A stretch of 32,491 nucleotides of DNA from Prochlorococcus sp. AG-355-B18 (GCA_003280965.1 QCDI01000013.1:1-32491), one strand, 5' to 3'; numbered from the stretch's first letter, positions 8,510 to 17,694 are shown. Made by a program: numbers and translations. Notes: generated by a model not told the origin, from the sequence alone.

Positions 8510-9619
8510 TTAGCATTTATCTGAGAAATTGCAGGGAAAATCTATCTTTTCGAGAACTCTTTTTAGATTTACATGCTCCTGAACTAATTGAACTGCATAA
8601 GAAGCTTTAATTGACTCATGTATTCTGACATGGCCAAAAGCTTGTTCAATAATTTCTACCGAAGCAAGAGTGTCTAATTCCACTTTTAAAATTGGCACCT
8701 CCAATTCCTCTGCTCTATGAATCAATTGTGATAGAGGATCTCCCAAACCAGTTAAAATAAGGCATTGAGTTGAAGCTTCCAAAGCCGCAAGTTGGATATC
8801 AGTTCTATCGGCTCCAGTAACTACTGCCATATTGCGTCTTCTCCTGAAAAATTCCATTGCAGAATTTACACCCATTGCTCCAATACTTAATGTCTCGACA
8901 AGTAATTGATCTTTTTCAGGGCAACAAATTACTTGGGCATCTAATCGTCTTACAAGCTCTCCAACGGTAACACTTCTAAGCAGTGGTGATTTAGGCATCA
9001 CCCCAAACACTTCAATACCCATATCTTTAAGAGAAGGTATTATTTCACTTTTAACTTTTTCGACTTCTTGAGGCAAAACTGCATTTAAAACAACTCCAGC
9101 TAAATGCTCTCCTAACTGTTTTTTTGCATCAAGTAAAGCATCTACGCTTTTACAATCTTCCCATAAATTCACAATTAAAACTTTTGCATCTAAGCTCTCA
9201 GCTAGTTGTGGGAGACTTAAACCATAAATCATCCCCTCATGAAGACTTCCAGCCGCTTCTAGAATATTTAATCCTTCAAAATCATCATTAACCAAACCTT
9301 CAATTTGATCAAAACCTTTTCCAGGAAGTAAGTCTTTATTAGAGATTCTTTTTTCAGCGGATATATTATCCAATAATCCTACTGAAGAGATCAAATTCTC
9401 CTCTTCGATATTTAATGTTGAACCAATAAACTTAACATCATCATCTATTAGACCCTCATAGGAAATTGAAGGTAGATTAGTAAGTTCGATGCAGGTGGCT
9501 AGTGGTTTACCGATACGTACTTTTTTTCCCTCATGCAACAGTCTTCTTGCTATCCCAAGAACCAATGCAGACTTACCACTAAATGGCTCACATGAACCAA
9601 TCAATAATATATCGCTCAT
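8510..9619 (-). CDS. Phosphotransacetylase-family N-terminal protein (BioD-like P-loop plus DRTGG domain), with no catalytic PTA domain
   Basis: GSCEPFSGKS P-loop, IGAM, VVTGADRTDIQLAAL and CLILTG; only 369 aa. Confidence 0.85.
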   Translation of the reverse strand: MSDILLIGSCEPFSGKSALVLGIARRLLHEGKKVRIGKPLATCIELTNLPSISYEGLIDDDVKFIGSTLNIEEENLISSVGLLDNISAEKRISNKDLLPGKGFDQIEGLVNDDFEGLNILEAAGSLHEGMIYGLSLPQLAESLDAKVLIVNLWEDCKSVDALLDAKKQLGEHLAGVVLNAVLPQEVEKVKSEIIPSLKDMGIEVFGVMPKSPLLRSVTVGELVRRLDAQVICCPEKDQLLVETLSIGAMGVNSAMEFFRRRRNMAVVTGADRTDIQLAALEASTQCLILTGLGDPLSQLIHRAEELEVPILKVELDTLASVEIIEQAFGHVRIHESIKASYAVQLVQEHVNLKRVLEKIDFPCNFSDKC

Positions 9620-9767
9620 AATTAATAGAATTATTTATCCATAGATTAAAGATAATATTTTTTTAATAACTAAACAAATATTTATTTATGAGTTTTAATC
9701 AAATAAATAAATATTTTTTTAGGTAAATTTATTTTAGTTCTTTGGTATTTCATCAAATTCAAAAAAA

Positions 9768-10487
9768 ATGATAAATTCAACAAAAAACGAAAAAACTGTT
9801 GGTATTACTGGAGCTTCAGGGTCTCTAGGAAAAGAACTAACAAAGTTGTTTCGTCAGAAAGGCTTTAGGGTGATTGGATTTACTCATAGTAAAAAAGATT
9901 CTGAAATAAATCTTGAATCTCCTAATGAATGGATTAAATGGGAATGTGGGAAAGAATCGAAATTAAAAAAACATTTAGAAAAGATAGATATTTTAATTTT
10001 AAACCACGGTATTTATAATCTAAGTAGAGAAAATGCCAATTATGAGCAATCAATAGAAATAAATGCATTAAGCAAATTCAAATTTTTAAATTTGTTTGAA
10101 GATATTGCTTTGACAAATAAGTCATTAATAAAAAAAGAAATTTGGATCAATACATCTGAAGCAGAAATATTACCAGCCTTGAATCCATCATATGAGATAA
10201 GTAAATCCCTTATTGGTCAATTAGTTTCTTTCAAAAAAAATCTTATGGACATAGATACTAAAAAAAGATTAAAAATTAAGAAAATCATACTAGGGCCTTT
10301 TAAATCGGAACTTAATCCTATTGGTATTATGAATCCCAAATTTGTTTCTAAGAAGATTTATGATATGGCTAATTCAAAAAATTATTTGATAATAATAAGT
10401 CCAAATCCTTTAAGTTACCTACTTTTCCCATTAAAAGAATTTTTTAATTTTTTGTATTGCCAAATTATTTATAAATACAAATCTTAG
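9768..10487 (+). CDS. Short-chain dehydrogenase/reductase
   Basis: GITGASGSLG Rossmann motif, LILNHG, NTSEAE and catalytic YEISK. Confidence 0.88.
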   Translation: MINSTKNEKTVGITGASGSLGKELTKLFRQKGFRVIGFTHSKKDSEINLESPNEWIKWECGKESKLKKHLEKIDILILNHGIYNLSRENANYEQSIEINALSKFKFLNLFEDIALTNKSLIKKEIWINTSEAEILPALNPSYEISKSLIGQLVSFKKNLMDIDTKKRLKIKKIILGPFKSELNPIGIMNPKFVSKKIYDMANSKNYLIIISPNPLSYLLFPLKEFFNFLYCQIIYKYKS

Positions 10488-10499
10488 AACCCTTAGAAT

Positions 10500-11339
10500 C
10501 TAGAAATCTCTATCTGTCAATATCTCAATACCATCTTTCAAGACAACTATTGTATGCTCCCATTGCGCAGATAATTTTCCATCCTTTGTTATGACTGTCC
10601 ATCTATCATTTAATGTTTTACAAAATTTAGTTCCTTCGTTAACAATTGGTTCCACAGCTAAGGTCATCCCTTCACGAAGGACTACGTTGGGCAATTCCTT
10701 TGTTCGAAAATTAAATACAGAGGGTTCTTCGTGGAGATTTCTTCCAACACCATGACCCGTATAATCTTCAACAACACTAAACCCATTTTTTTTGACTATA
10801 TCTTCAATTTCCCCAGCCACATCGAGAAGTGTATTTCCTGCCTTGATTTTCGAAAGGCCAGCATACAATGCTTTATGTGCTACATCACTAAGATTTTGGG
10901 CCTTTGAACTTACTTCTCCCACACAAATTGATATACAACTATCTCCATGAAAGCCATTTAAAAATGCGCCTGTATCAATCTTAACTAAGTCACCATTTTT
11001 AATTATTTTATTTTTATTTGGTATTCCATGGACAACCTCATTATTAATACTTGAACAAATACTAGAAGGGAAACCATGATAGCCCTTAAAACTTGGCACA
11101 GCTCCAAAACTTCTTATCCTTTTTTCAGCGAAATCATCTAAATCTTTTGTGCTCATTCCAGGTTTAATTAAGTCATTAATTTCCCTCAAAACTGTTGCGA
11201 CTATCCTGCTAGATTTTTTCATCAAATTTATTTCACGTGCAGACTTTATTTCAATTCCTCTTCTCCTCTGAATAAAAGGAACCTGATCATTAGTTTTGGA
11301 ATTATTTTTATTTAATAAAAGATCTGCAAAATGTTTCAT
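10500..11339 (-). CDS. map: Type I methionine aminopeptidase
   Basis: [37 protein letters not shown] and SAQWEHT. Confidence 0.96.
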   Translation of the reverse strand: MKHFADLLLNKNNSKTNDQVPFIQRRRGIEIKSAREINLMKKSSRIVATVLREINDLIKPGMSTKDLDDFAEKRIRSFGAVPSFKGYHGFPSSICSSINNEVVHGIPNKNKIIKNGDLVKIDTGAFLNGFHGDSCISICVGEVSSKAQNLSDVAHKALYAGLSKIKAGNTLLDVAGEIEDIVKKNGFSVVEDYTGHGVGRNLHEEPSVFNFRTKELPNVVLREGMTLAVEPIVNEGTKFCKTLNDRWTVITKDGKLSAQWEHTIVVLKDGIEILTDRDF

Positions 11340-11430
11340 TGGAATAAATAATAAGAATTGATAAATATCATCAAAATGGCCATTATGAATTTGGCTATCT
11401 TAAATCTATCAATAACAATGGGAAACAGGA

Positions 11431-11739
11431 ATGAATGTTTTTTCTAATTCTAGGCAATTTCATAAGGCTTTGGCGCCATGGGTTTTTCTTCCATTATTTA
11501 TATCTTCAATAACCGGACTCCTCTATAGGGTTTCAAAAGATTTATTAGGCTACTCTAGAGAGCAAGTTCATTGGTTAATGTCCCTCCATGAGGGCGAATG
11601 GCTTGGAGATAATGGGGAATTAATATATGTTTTATTGAATTCCCTTGGGGTTTTATGGATGCTAATAACAGGGTTCCAAATGTTTTCAAAAACAATTTCA
11701 TTTACCAAAAAGGTTACTAAAGGCGAGTCAAAAGGTTAA
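11431..11739 (+). CDS. Small PepSY-associated TM-like membrane protein
   Basis: RQFHKALA, TM ending ITGLLY, LMSLHEG, and a second TM ending ITG, matching the PepSY_TM pattern. Confidence 0.65.
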   Translation: MNVFSNSRQFHKALAPWVFLPLFISSITGLLYRVSKDLLGYSREQVHWLMSLHEGEWLGDNGELIYVLLNSLGVLWMLITGFQMFSKTISFTKKVTKGESKG

Positions 11740-11770
11740 GATATAACACTTGTAGGATAAAAAGACCAAA

Positions 11771-12241
11771 ATGGCCAAAGAGAAACAAGAAAATGAATTA
11801 GAAACCACCATCGAAACCGACGGGTCAATTGATGTAGCAGTTGAGCAAAAAGAAGAAAACTTGGTTTCTGAAACTAAAAAAACTATTAGTTTTTCCAACC
11901 TTATTGAGGGATTTGAAAATGAACAGTTAAAAAAAGAATTACCTGAAATTTATGTAGGGGATACTGTTAAAGTTGGAGTGAAAATTACAGAAGGCAACAA
12001 ACAAAGAGTTCAGCCTTATGAAGGTGTTGTCATTGCAAAAAGACATGGAGGTCTTAACCAGACAATCACAGTTAGAAGAATTTTCCAAGGCATAGGAGTT
12101 GAAAGAGTATTTATGCTACATAGTCCACAAGTTGCCTCTCTAAAAGTTGAACGTAGAGGTAAAGTAAGGAGAGCTAAGTTATTCTATCTAAGGGATAGAG
12201 TAGGGAAAGCTACTCGCGTAAAACAACGCTTTGATCGTTAA
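11771..12241 (+). CDS. rplS: 50S ribosomal protein L19 with an acidic N-terminal extension
   Basis: [22 protein letters not shown] and [14 protein letters not shown]. Confidence 0.98.
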   Translation: MAKEKQENELETTIETDGSIDVAVEQKEENLVSETKKTISFSNLIEGFENEQLKKELPEIYVGDTVKVGVKITEGNKQRVQPYEGVVIAKRHGGLNQTITVRRIFQGIGVERVFMLHSPQVASLKVERRGKVRRAKLFYLRDRVGKATRVKQRFDR

Positions 12242-12294
12242 AGTTGTAAATTTACAACATTATTGGTCACAAAGGCGCTTATAATCATTTAGAT

Positions 12295-12367
12295 GCGCCG
12301 TTAGTTCAGTTGGTAGAACGCAGGTCTCCAAAACCTGATGTCGGGGGTTCAAGTCCTCCACGGCGCG
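12295..12367 (+). tRNA. trnW: tRNA-Trp (CCA)
   Basis: Acceptor stem GCGCCGT/ACGGCGC, anticodon arm CAGGT-CTCCAAA-ACCTG, T-loop GTTCAAGTC. 3' CCA is not encoded. Confidence 0.97.
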
Positions 12368-12402
12368 TTTGATCAACATCATATAAATCATTTTTTTTTA
12401 AA

Positions 12403-12597
12403 ATGGAGTTAGATCTTCAACCTGGGGACGTAGTTAAAGTCCTCGAATCAGCAGCTTTAGGATGGGTACGCGCAAGAGTCATCAGAGTTAAATCTGGTGG
12501 AAGAGTTGTAGTACAAAGTGACCAAGGCAGAGAATTTACAGCCAGAGGCAACCAAGTTAGGTTGATAGAACCTGCTGGTTTTAGGCCTCAAAAATAA
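12403..12597 (+). CDS. hcp: Prochlorococcus/Synechococcus hyper-conserved protein (PSHCP/Hcp), Tudor-like
   Basis: MELDLQPGDVVKVLESAALGWVRARVIRVKSGGRVVVQSDQGREFTARGNQVRLIEPAGFRP, recognised as PSHCP, in its characteristic rplS-tRNA-Trp / tRNA-Asp-gltX context. Confidence 0.93.
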   Translation: MELDLQPGDVVKVLESAALGWVRARVIRVKSGGRVVVQSDQGREFTARGNQVRLIEPAGFRPQK

Positions 12598-12745
12598 ATA
12601 CTTCTCTATAATTTGGTAGCTCTAAAACTTACTTTTTCTTCAAATCCTTAAATTAATAAATTTTTTTTATTACAACAACATAAATTAAATACTATGATCT
12701 GATAATTTTAAGAATAATGTTCTAAAAACTTTAGAACAAAAACCT

Positions 12746-12819
12746 GGGACCGTAGTTCAACTGGTTAGAGCACCGCCCTGTCACGGCGGAAGTTGCGGGT
12801 TCGAATCCCGTCGGTCCCG
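12746..12819 (+). tRNA. trnD: tRNA-Asp (GTC)
   Basis: Acceptor stem GGGACCG/CGGTCCC, anticodon arm CCGCC-CTGTCAC-GGCGG, T-loop GTTCGAATC. 3' CCA is not encoded. Confidence 0.97.
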
Positions 12820-12835
12820 TTTTTTCTAAAAAAAG

Positions 12836-14266
12836 TTGAAAAAACGATTAAGATTAGCTCCAAGTCCAACAGGTTTATTTCATATTGGTACAGCACGAAC
12901 TGCACTATTCAACTGGTTATATGCACAAAAAATTGGTGGGAAATTTCTTATTAGAATTGAAGATACAGATTTTCTTCGATCTAAGTCTGAATACACAAAA
13001 AATATTTTAGAGGGATTAAATTGGCTTGGACTTAAATGGGATGAAGAACCTGTAAAGCAAAGTGAAAGAATTTCGATTCACAAAAGTTATATCAAAAAAC
13101 TATTGGAATGTGGAGCTGCATATAGGTGCTTTACATCAGAAGATGAAATATCTGAATTAAGAGAAGAACAAAAAAAGAAAGGATTACCTCCAAAGCATGA
13201 TAATAGACACAGAAGTCTTTCAAAAGAAGAAATAGAAACATTCATATCCCAAGGGCGGACTTCAGTAATAAGATTTAAGATTGATGAAAAAATTGATATT
13301 AAATGGGTAGATCAGATAAGAGGCGAAATCAAATGGCAAGGTAAGGATTTGGGCGGTGATTTAGTTTTATCAAGAAGGGCTCAGGGATATGAGATTGGTG
13401 ATCCTTTGTATAATCTTGCAGTTGTAGTTGATGATAATTTCATGAATATTACTCACGTTGTAAGGGGTGAAGACCATATCTCTAACACTGCAAAACAAAT
13501 ATTGATTTATAAAGCATTAAATTTTAATTTGCCAACTTTTTCGCATACACCCTTAATACTAAATAGCGAAGGAAAAAAATTATCTAAGAGAGATTGCGTT
13601 ACTTCAATCGACGAATTTAGAGAAATGGGATATTTACCTGAGGCCCTATCGAACTATATGGCATTTTTAGGTTGGTCTCCAAAATCTGCCGACAAAGAAA
13701 TACTTTCACTTGAAGAGATATCTGAAATTTTTGACTTATCAGAAATAAATAAAGCTGGAGCTAAATTTAGTTGGGAAAAACTCAACTGGATTAATTCTCA
13801 ATATATAAAAAATATGGAATCAATAAAGTTAATTGAGATCATGAGAAAATACTGGGATGAGAATGGTTGGGAGCCGCCATCTCAAGAATGGGCTAATAAA
13901 TTAGCAATTTTGATTAGAGACTCTATGACTCTTTTAAAAGATTCAATTGATCAATCAAAACCATTTTTCTTAATACCTAAAATTCAAAAAGAAGGTCAAG
14001 ATTTTCTGGAAAACCGGGAAAGCAAATTATCTTTAAAACTAATCTTAAATTATTTAATTGAGGGAAATACTATAAAACTAAATAAAGATAAAGCCAAAGA
14101 AATAATAAATGAAATCTCAAAAAAGCATAATATTAAAAAAGGGATATTAATGAAATCATTGAGAGTAGCCTTTTTTGGATCTCTCAGTGGGCCAGATTTA
14201 ATTCAAAGTTGGGAGCTTTTCGCAGAGAGTAAAACTGATAGAACTCGAATTGAAAGATGTCTTTAA
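12836..14266 (+). CDS. gltX: Glutamate--tRNA ligase
   Basis: RLAPSPTGLFHIG (HIGH-like), RIEDTD, THVVRGEDH and KLSKR (KMSKS-like); TTG start 16 nt after tRNA-Asp. Confidence 0.97.
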   Translation: MKKRLRLAPSPTGLFHIGTARTALFNWLYAQKIGGKFLIRIEDTDFLRSKSEYTKNILEGLNWLGLKWDEEPVKQSERISIHKSYIKKLLECGAAYRCFTSEDEISELREEQKKKGLPPKHDNRHRSLSKEEIETFISQGRTSVIRFKIDEKIDIKWVDQIRGEIKWQGKDLGGDLVLSRRAQGYEIGDPLYNLAVVVDDNFMNITHVVRGEDHISNTAKQILIYKALNFNLPTFSHTPLILNSEGKKLSKRDCVTSIDEFREMGYLPEALSNYMAFLGWSPKSADKEILSLEEISEIFDLSEINKAGAKFSWEKLNWINSQYIKNMESIKLIEIMRKYWDENGWEPPSQEWANKLAILIRDSMTLLKDSIDQSKPFFLIPKIQKEGQDFLENRESKLSLKLILNYLIEGNTIKLNKDKAKEIINEISKKHNIKKGILMKSLRVAFFGSLSGPDLIQSWELFAESKTDRTRIERCL

Positions 14267-15472
14267 TCAATCAAAATTATTTTTTTGGCCTAATTCAAGT
14301 CTATTTACCAAAGGTTTAGCTGAAAGTCCTTGTATTCCTACTGTCATCAAAATAGTAAGAAAAACTAAACCTTGTAGACGGCCAGCCCCAAGGATACCGG
14401 CCTGCTCTAATCTGATAGAAAAAAGAGAAGCTACAGCCGCAGTAACAATACCTCTTGGGGCTAACCAGGCTAAAAATATTTTTTCTTTTAAGTTCAAGTC
14501 TCTCCCCATTGTTGCTATCCAGATAGAGATAGGGCGAACAATTACCATCAACATAAAAACGCAAACAAACCCTCCCCAGCCTAGCGGACTTAATTCACCC
14601 CAAGAAACGTCAGCGGCCAAAAGAGGGAAAAGAACTGTTATTGCTAATTGAGCTAATTCACCTATTAGATTATCCAATCTCTCCTTATCTATAACTTCTC
14701 TTTTGCCTACAATAAAACCTGTCGCGACTGAAGCCGGCAAGCCTGATTCTGGTAAAAAATATTCGCAAATTCCATACACAAGAAAAATAAATCCAAGGGT
14801 AACTTGAAGCTCTATACCAAATGAGGCTTCATTTTTTATTTTTTTTAAAATTTCTGATAGTAACCATCCTGCACTTAATCCGATTAAAACTCCTCCCCCT
14901 AATCTTTGCATTAATGCTATAAATACATCGTTAATCCCACGAAGGTCCCCTAAAGTCAATTCTAAAAGGAGTAATGCTAGTACTGCACCAATTGGTTCAA
15001 GCAGCAACCCCTCAGCTTTTAAAACTTCCGAGAGTGGGGAAGCTAATTTTATTTGTTCCACTAATGGAGAGACAACTGTTGGTCCGGTAGCTAGAACTAT
15101 GGCACTATATATTCCTGCGACTTGCCATGAGAGGCCAGCCAGCCAATGAGCAATGAAGATTCCAGCTGATAATGAAATAAAAAGTCTTACCAATGAAATT
15201 TTTAAAACAGTATTTCTTATATTCCCCTCAGGCAGTTTTAAATTTAATCCCCCTTCAAAAAGAACCAAACAGACCAAAAGCCCCACAATAGTTTCAAGCC
15301 CTTGCCCGAGATCTAAAGGCTCAACAAGTCCCAATCCTGATCTTCCAATTAATAATCCAGAAAGCAATAAAATAACAACACTTGGGAATCCTGTAAAAGA
15401 AGACAATAAACGAGCGCAAGCTCCTGCAAATACAGTTATCCCCCAAAGTAATCCAAGCCTTTCAGGCGTCAT
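14267..15472 (-). CDS. CPA1-family Na+/H+ antiporter (NhaP-like)
   Basis: LFEGGLNL, ATGPTVV, LKAEGLLLEPIG and APRGIVTAA; many TM segments. Confidence 0.9.
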   Translation of the reverse strand: MTPERLGLLWGITVFAGACARLLSSFTGFPSVVILLLSGLLIGRSGLGLVEPLDLGQGLETIVGLLVCLVLFEGGLNLKLPEGNIRNTVLKISLVRLFISLSAGIFIAHWLAGLSWQVAGIYSAIVLATGPTVVSPLVEQIKLASPLSEVLKAEGLLLEPIGAVLALLLLELTLGDLRGINDVFIALMQRLGGGVLIGLSAGWLLSEILKKIKNEASFGIELQVTLGFIFLVYGICEYFLPESGLPASVATGFIVGKREVIDKERLDNLIGELAQLAITVLFPLLAADVSWGELSPLGWGGFVCVFMLMVIVRPISIWIATMGRDLNLKEKIFLAWLAPRGIVTAAVASLFSIRLEQAGILGAGRLQGLVFLTILMTVGIQGLSAKPLVNRLELGQKNNFD

Positions 15473-15635
15473 ATAAAATTATAAATAATAAAAACATTCA
15501 TTATTTTGATTAAATCAATAATCTTATCTCTAGTCCAATAAAAACAATACTTTTTAATTTAATTAATCGGCTGAACAAGAGTAATTTTTATTAAACCTCA
15601 CAAAAATACTTTTAAGAAAATTAATTTTATTTCTA

Positions 15636-15812
15636 TTAAGAAAACTGGCTTATTAAAGCAATAATTATAAAAATAATTCCTATACCAACAGTTGCCATCC
15701 TTCCATTCCATATTTCAGCTTGAGGTGTAAAACCTCTTTTCCACAAATTCAATTCCTTTTTATCCACGAAGTTTTTTGTCTCTTCAATCTCGATTTTAGG
15801 TTGTTTGTTCAT
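15636..15812 (-). CDS. hli: High-light inducible protein (HLIP), 58 aa; not in the ORF track
   Basis: Hand translation MNKQPKIEIEETKNFVDKKELNLWKRGFTPQAEIWNGRMATVGIGIIFIIIALISQFS contains the chlorophyll-binding motif AExWNGRxA. It starts 5 nt after the tsaD stop. Confidence 0.9.
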   Translation of the reverse strand: MNKQPKIEIEETKNFVDKKELNLWKRGFTPQAEIWNGRMATVGIGIIFIIIALISQFS

Positions 15813-15817
15813 TGAAA

Positions 15818-16888
15818 TTAGAAAGGAGGGTTTTCTTCATAAAGGGTATTTGCTTGTTCAATTGACAGTCTTCCTGCGACACCTAATTTAAGGGAACTTA
15901 AATGATCCTTAAATTTGATTCTGAACAACGCCGCCGCTCCAATCATTGCCGCATTATCTGTACAAAGATCAAGAGGCGCTAAATGAACTTTAATAGATTT
16001 TTTACTAGCTTCACTAATCATCATTTTTCTTAATGTATTGTTAGCAGCCACTCCCCCTACCACAACTACATTATCCAAGCTATGATCTTCTGCGCATTTT
16101 ATTGTTCTCTCTACCAAGACCTCTGCCACTACTCTCTCAAAACTTGCAGCAATATCTGGAATTGGTAAGGTCTTCCCAGCCAAATTTATTCTCTCAACTA
16201 ATCTCAATACAGCAGTTTTTAAACCACTAAAAGAGAAATCATATTTAAGAAATCCACCTTTTTTATCAGAGATCTTACATTTTGGTAAATTAAATTTCAT
16301 TGGGTCCCCATTTTTAGCAATCTTTTCAATTGCCGGTCCTCCTGGATAACTAAGACCTAAAAGTCTGCCAACTTTATCAAAAGCTTCTCCAGCAGCATCA
16401 TCAAAACTTTTCCCAAGTCTTTGCATCCTCCTACTATCATCTACCTTTATCAATTCAGTATGCCCGCCGCTAACGAGTAATGTAAGAAAAGATTTCTTTG
16501 GATAGTTTTCTGAAAATAGAATTGAAGATAAATGCCCCTCCAAATGATGAATTCCCAAAAATGGTTTTGAATGTAACATGCAAAGTGATCTTGCGGTTAT
16601 AGAGCCAACTCGTAAACAACCAACTAATCCAGGAGCTACAGTTGATGCAATATAATCGACTTCCTCAATTTTAATTTTTGCTTCTTCTAGAGCCTTATCT
16701 AAAACAAAAGGTAATAATTCTAAATGCTTTCTAGCTGCGAGTTCAGGCACAACTCCTCCCCATTTTGAATGATCTTCAATTTGAGAGGCAATTATATTTG
16801 AATGTATTCTGAAAGTATCGCCAATATTAGAAACTATTGAGACAGATGTCTCATCACAACTTGTTTCAATAGCTAAAACTTTATGCAT
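15818..16888 (-). CDS. tsaD: t6A37 threonylcarbamoyltransferase
   Basis: LAIETSCDET, GGVVPELAARKH, HHLEGH, LVSGGHT, DDAAGEAFDK and CTDNAAMIG. Confidence 0.97.
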   Translation of the reverse strand: MHKVLAIETSCDETSVSIVSNIGDTFRIHSNIIASQIEDHSKWGGVVPELAARKHLELLPFVLDKALEEAKIKIEEVDYIASTVAPGLVGCLRVGSITARSLCMLHSKPFLGIHHLEGHLSSILFSENYPKKSFLTLLVSGGHTELIKVDDSRRMQRLGKSFDDAAGEAFDKVGRLLGLSYPGGPAIEKIAKNGDPMKFNLPKCKISDKKGGFLKYDFSFSGLKTAVLRLVERINLAGKTLPIPDIAASFERVVAEVLVERTIKCAEDHSLDNVVVVGGVAANNTLRKMMISEASKKSIKVHLAPLDLCTDNAAMIGAAALFRIKFKDHLSSLKLGVAGRLSIEQANTLYEENPPF

Positions 16889-16962
16889 TTTTGATTCAAC
16901 TTGTTCTATTTTAATATTAATTTCTTACTTAACACACTATAAGGAATTAAAGATTGCAACTT

Positions 16963-17517
16963 ATGAAATTCTTTTTTTCAATCATAACCTCAGTTTTTCT
17001 GTTCCTCGGAATTACTCCAATTGCTCTAGCCGCAAATGGGCCTGCCTTAAACGCAGATAGAGCTAGCACAGAATATACTGCTTCAGCCCTAACAAAATGC
17101 TCTGAAAATCCTAAATTCATTGAGAGAGCAAATTCTGCAACTACTCAAAAAGACATAGCAAGATTTGAAAGATATGGAAAAGCATCATGCGGAGATGATG
17201 GTCTTCCTCATTTAATAATTGGACCTCCTCTTGAGCCATGGGGAGCCCTTCTTAATAGAGGTCATGAAGGAGATTTACTTATTCCTGGAGTATTGTTCAT
17301 CTACATTGCTGGAATTATAGGTTGGTCAGGAAGAGAGTATCTCATTGAATCAAAAAAGACTAAGAATCCAGGAGATCTTGAGATCATTATTGACTTAGAC
17401 TTAGCCAGAAAATGTCTTGTAAAAGGAGCCCAATGGCCTCTTCTTGCTAATAAACAAGGTAGAAATGGAGATTTAAGAGAGAAAGATAACAATATTACAC
17501 TTAATGGTCCTCGCTAA
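16963..17517 (+). CDS. psaF: Photosystem I subunit III
   Basis: Signal peptide, LTKCSENPKF, CGDDGLPHLI and FIYIAGIIGWSGREYL. ATG at 16963 is preferred over TTG at 16954. Confidence 0.95.
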   Translation: MKFFFSIITSVFLFLGITPIALAANGPALNADRASTEYTASALTKCSENPKFIERANSATTQKDIARFERYGKASCGDDGLPHLIIGPPLEPWGALLNRGHEGDLLIPGVLFIYIAGIIGWSGREYLIESKKTKNPGDLEIIIDLDLARKCLVKGAQWPLLANKQGRNGDLREKDNNITLNGPR

Positions 17518-17545
17518 ACATCCTTAAAAAACTTTCATAAAACAA

Positions 17546-17680
17546 ATGTTCAAAATTCTAAACACAAAATTTGTCAGATCCGCTCCAGTGGTAGCAGCAA
17601 TTTGGCTAAGCCTTACAGCTGGAATAATTATTGAATTTAATAGGTTTTTCCCAGATTTATTATTCCATCCAATGAGTTGA
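17546..17680 (+). CDS. psaJ: Photosystem I subunit IX, 44 aa; not in the ORF track
   Basis: Hand translation [44 protein letters not shown], directly after psaF. Confidence 0.96.
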   Translation: MFKILNTKFVRSAPVVAAIWLSLTAGIIIEFNRFFPDLLFHPMS

Positions 17681-17694
17681 TAAATAGAAAATAA

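Noticed and set aside
12243..12258. Palindrome as an NtcA site
   Set aside because: The spacing is GTA-N4-TAC rather than GTA-N8-TAC.
12295..12819. tRNAs as integration sites of a genomic island
   Set aside because: I saw no integrase, no duplicated tRNA 3' end and no foreign-looking genes. The flanks are core genes.
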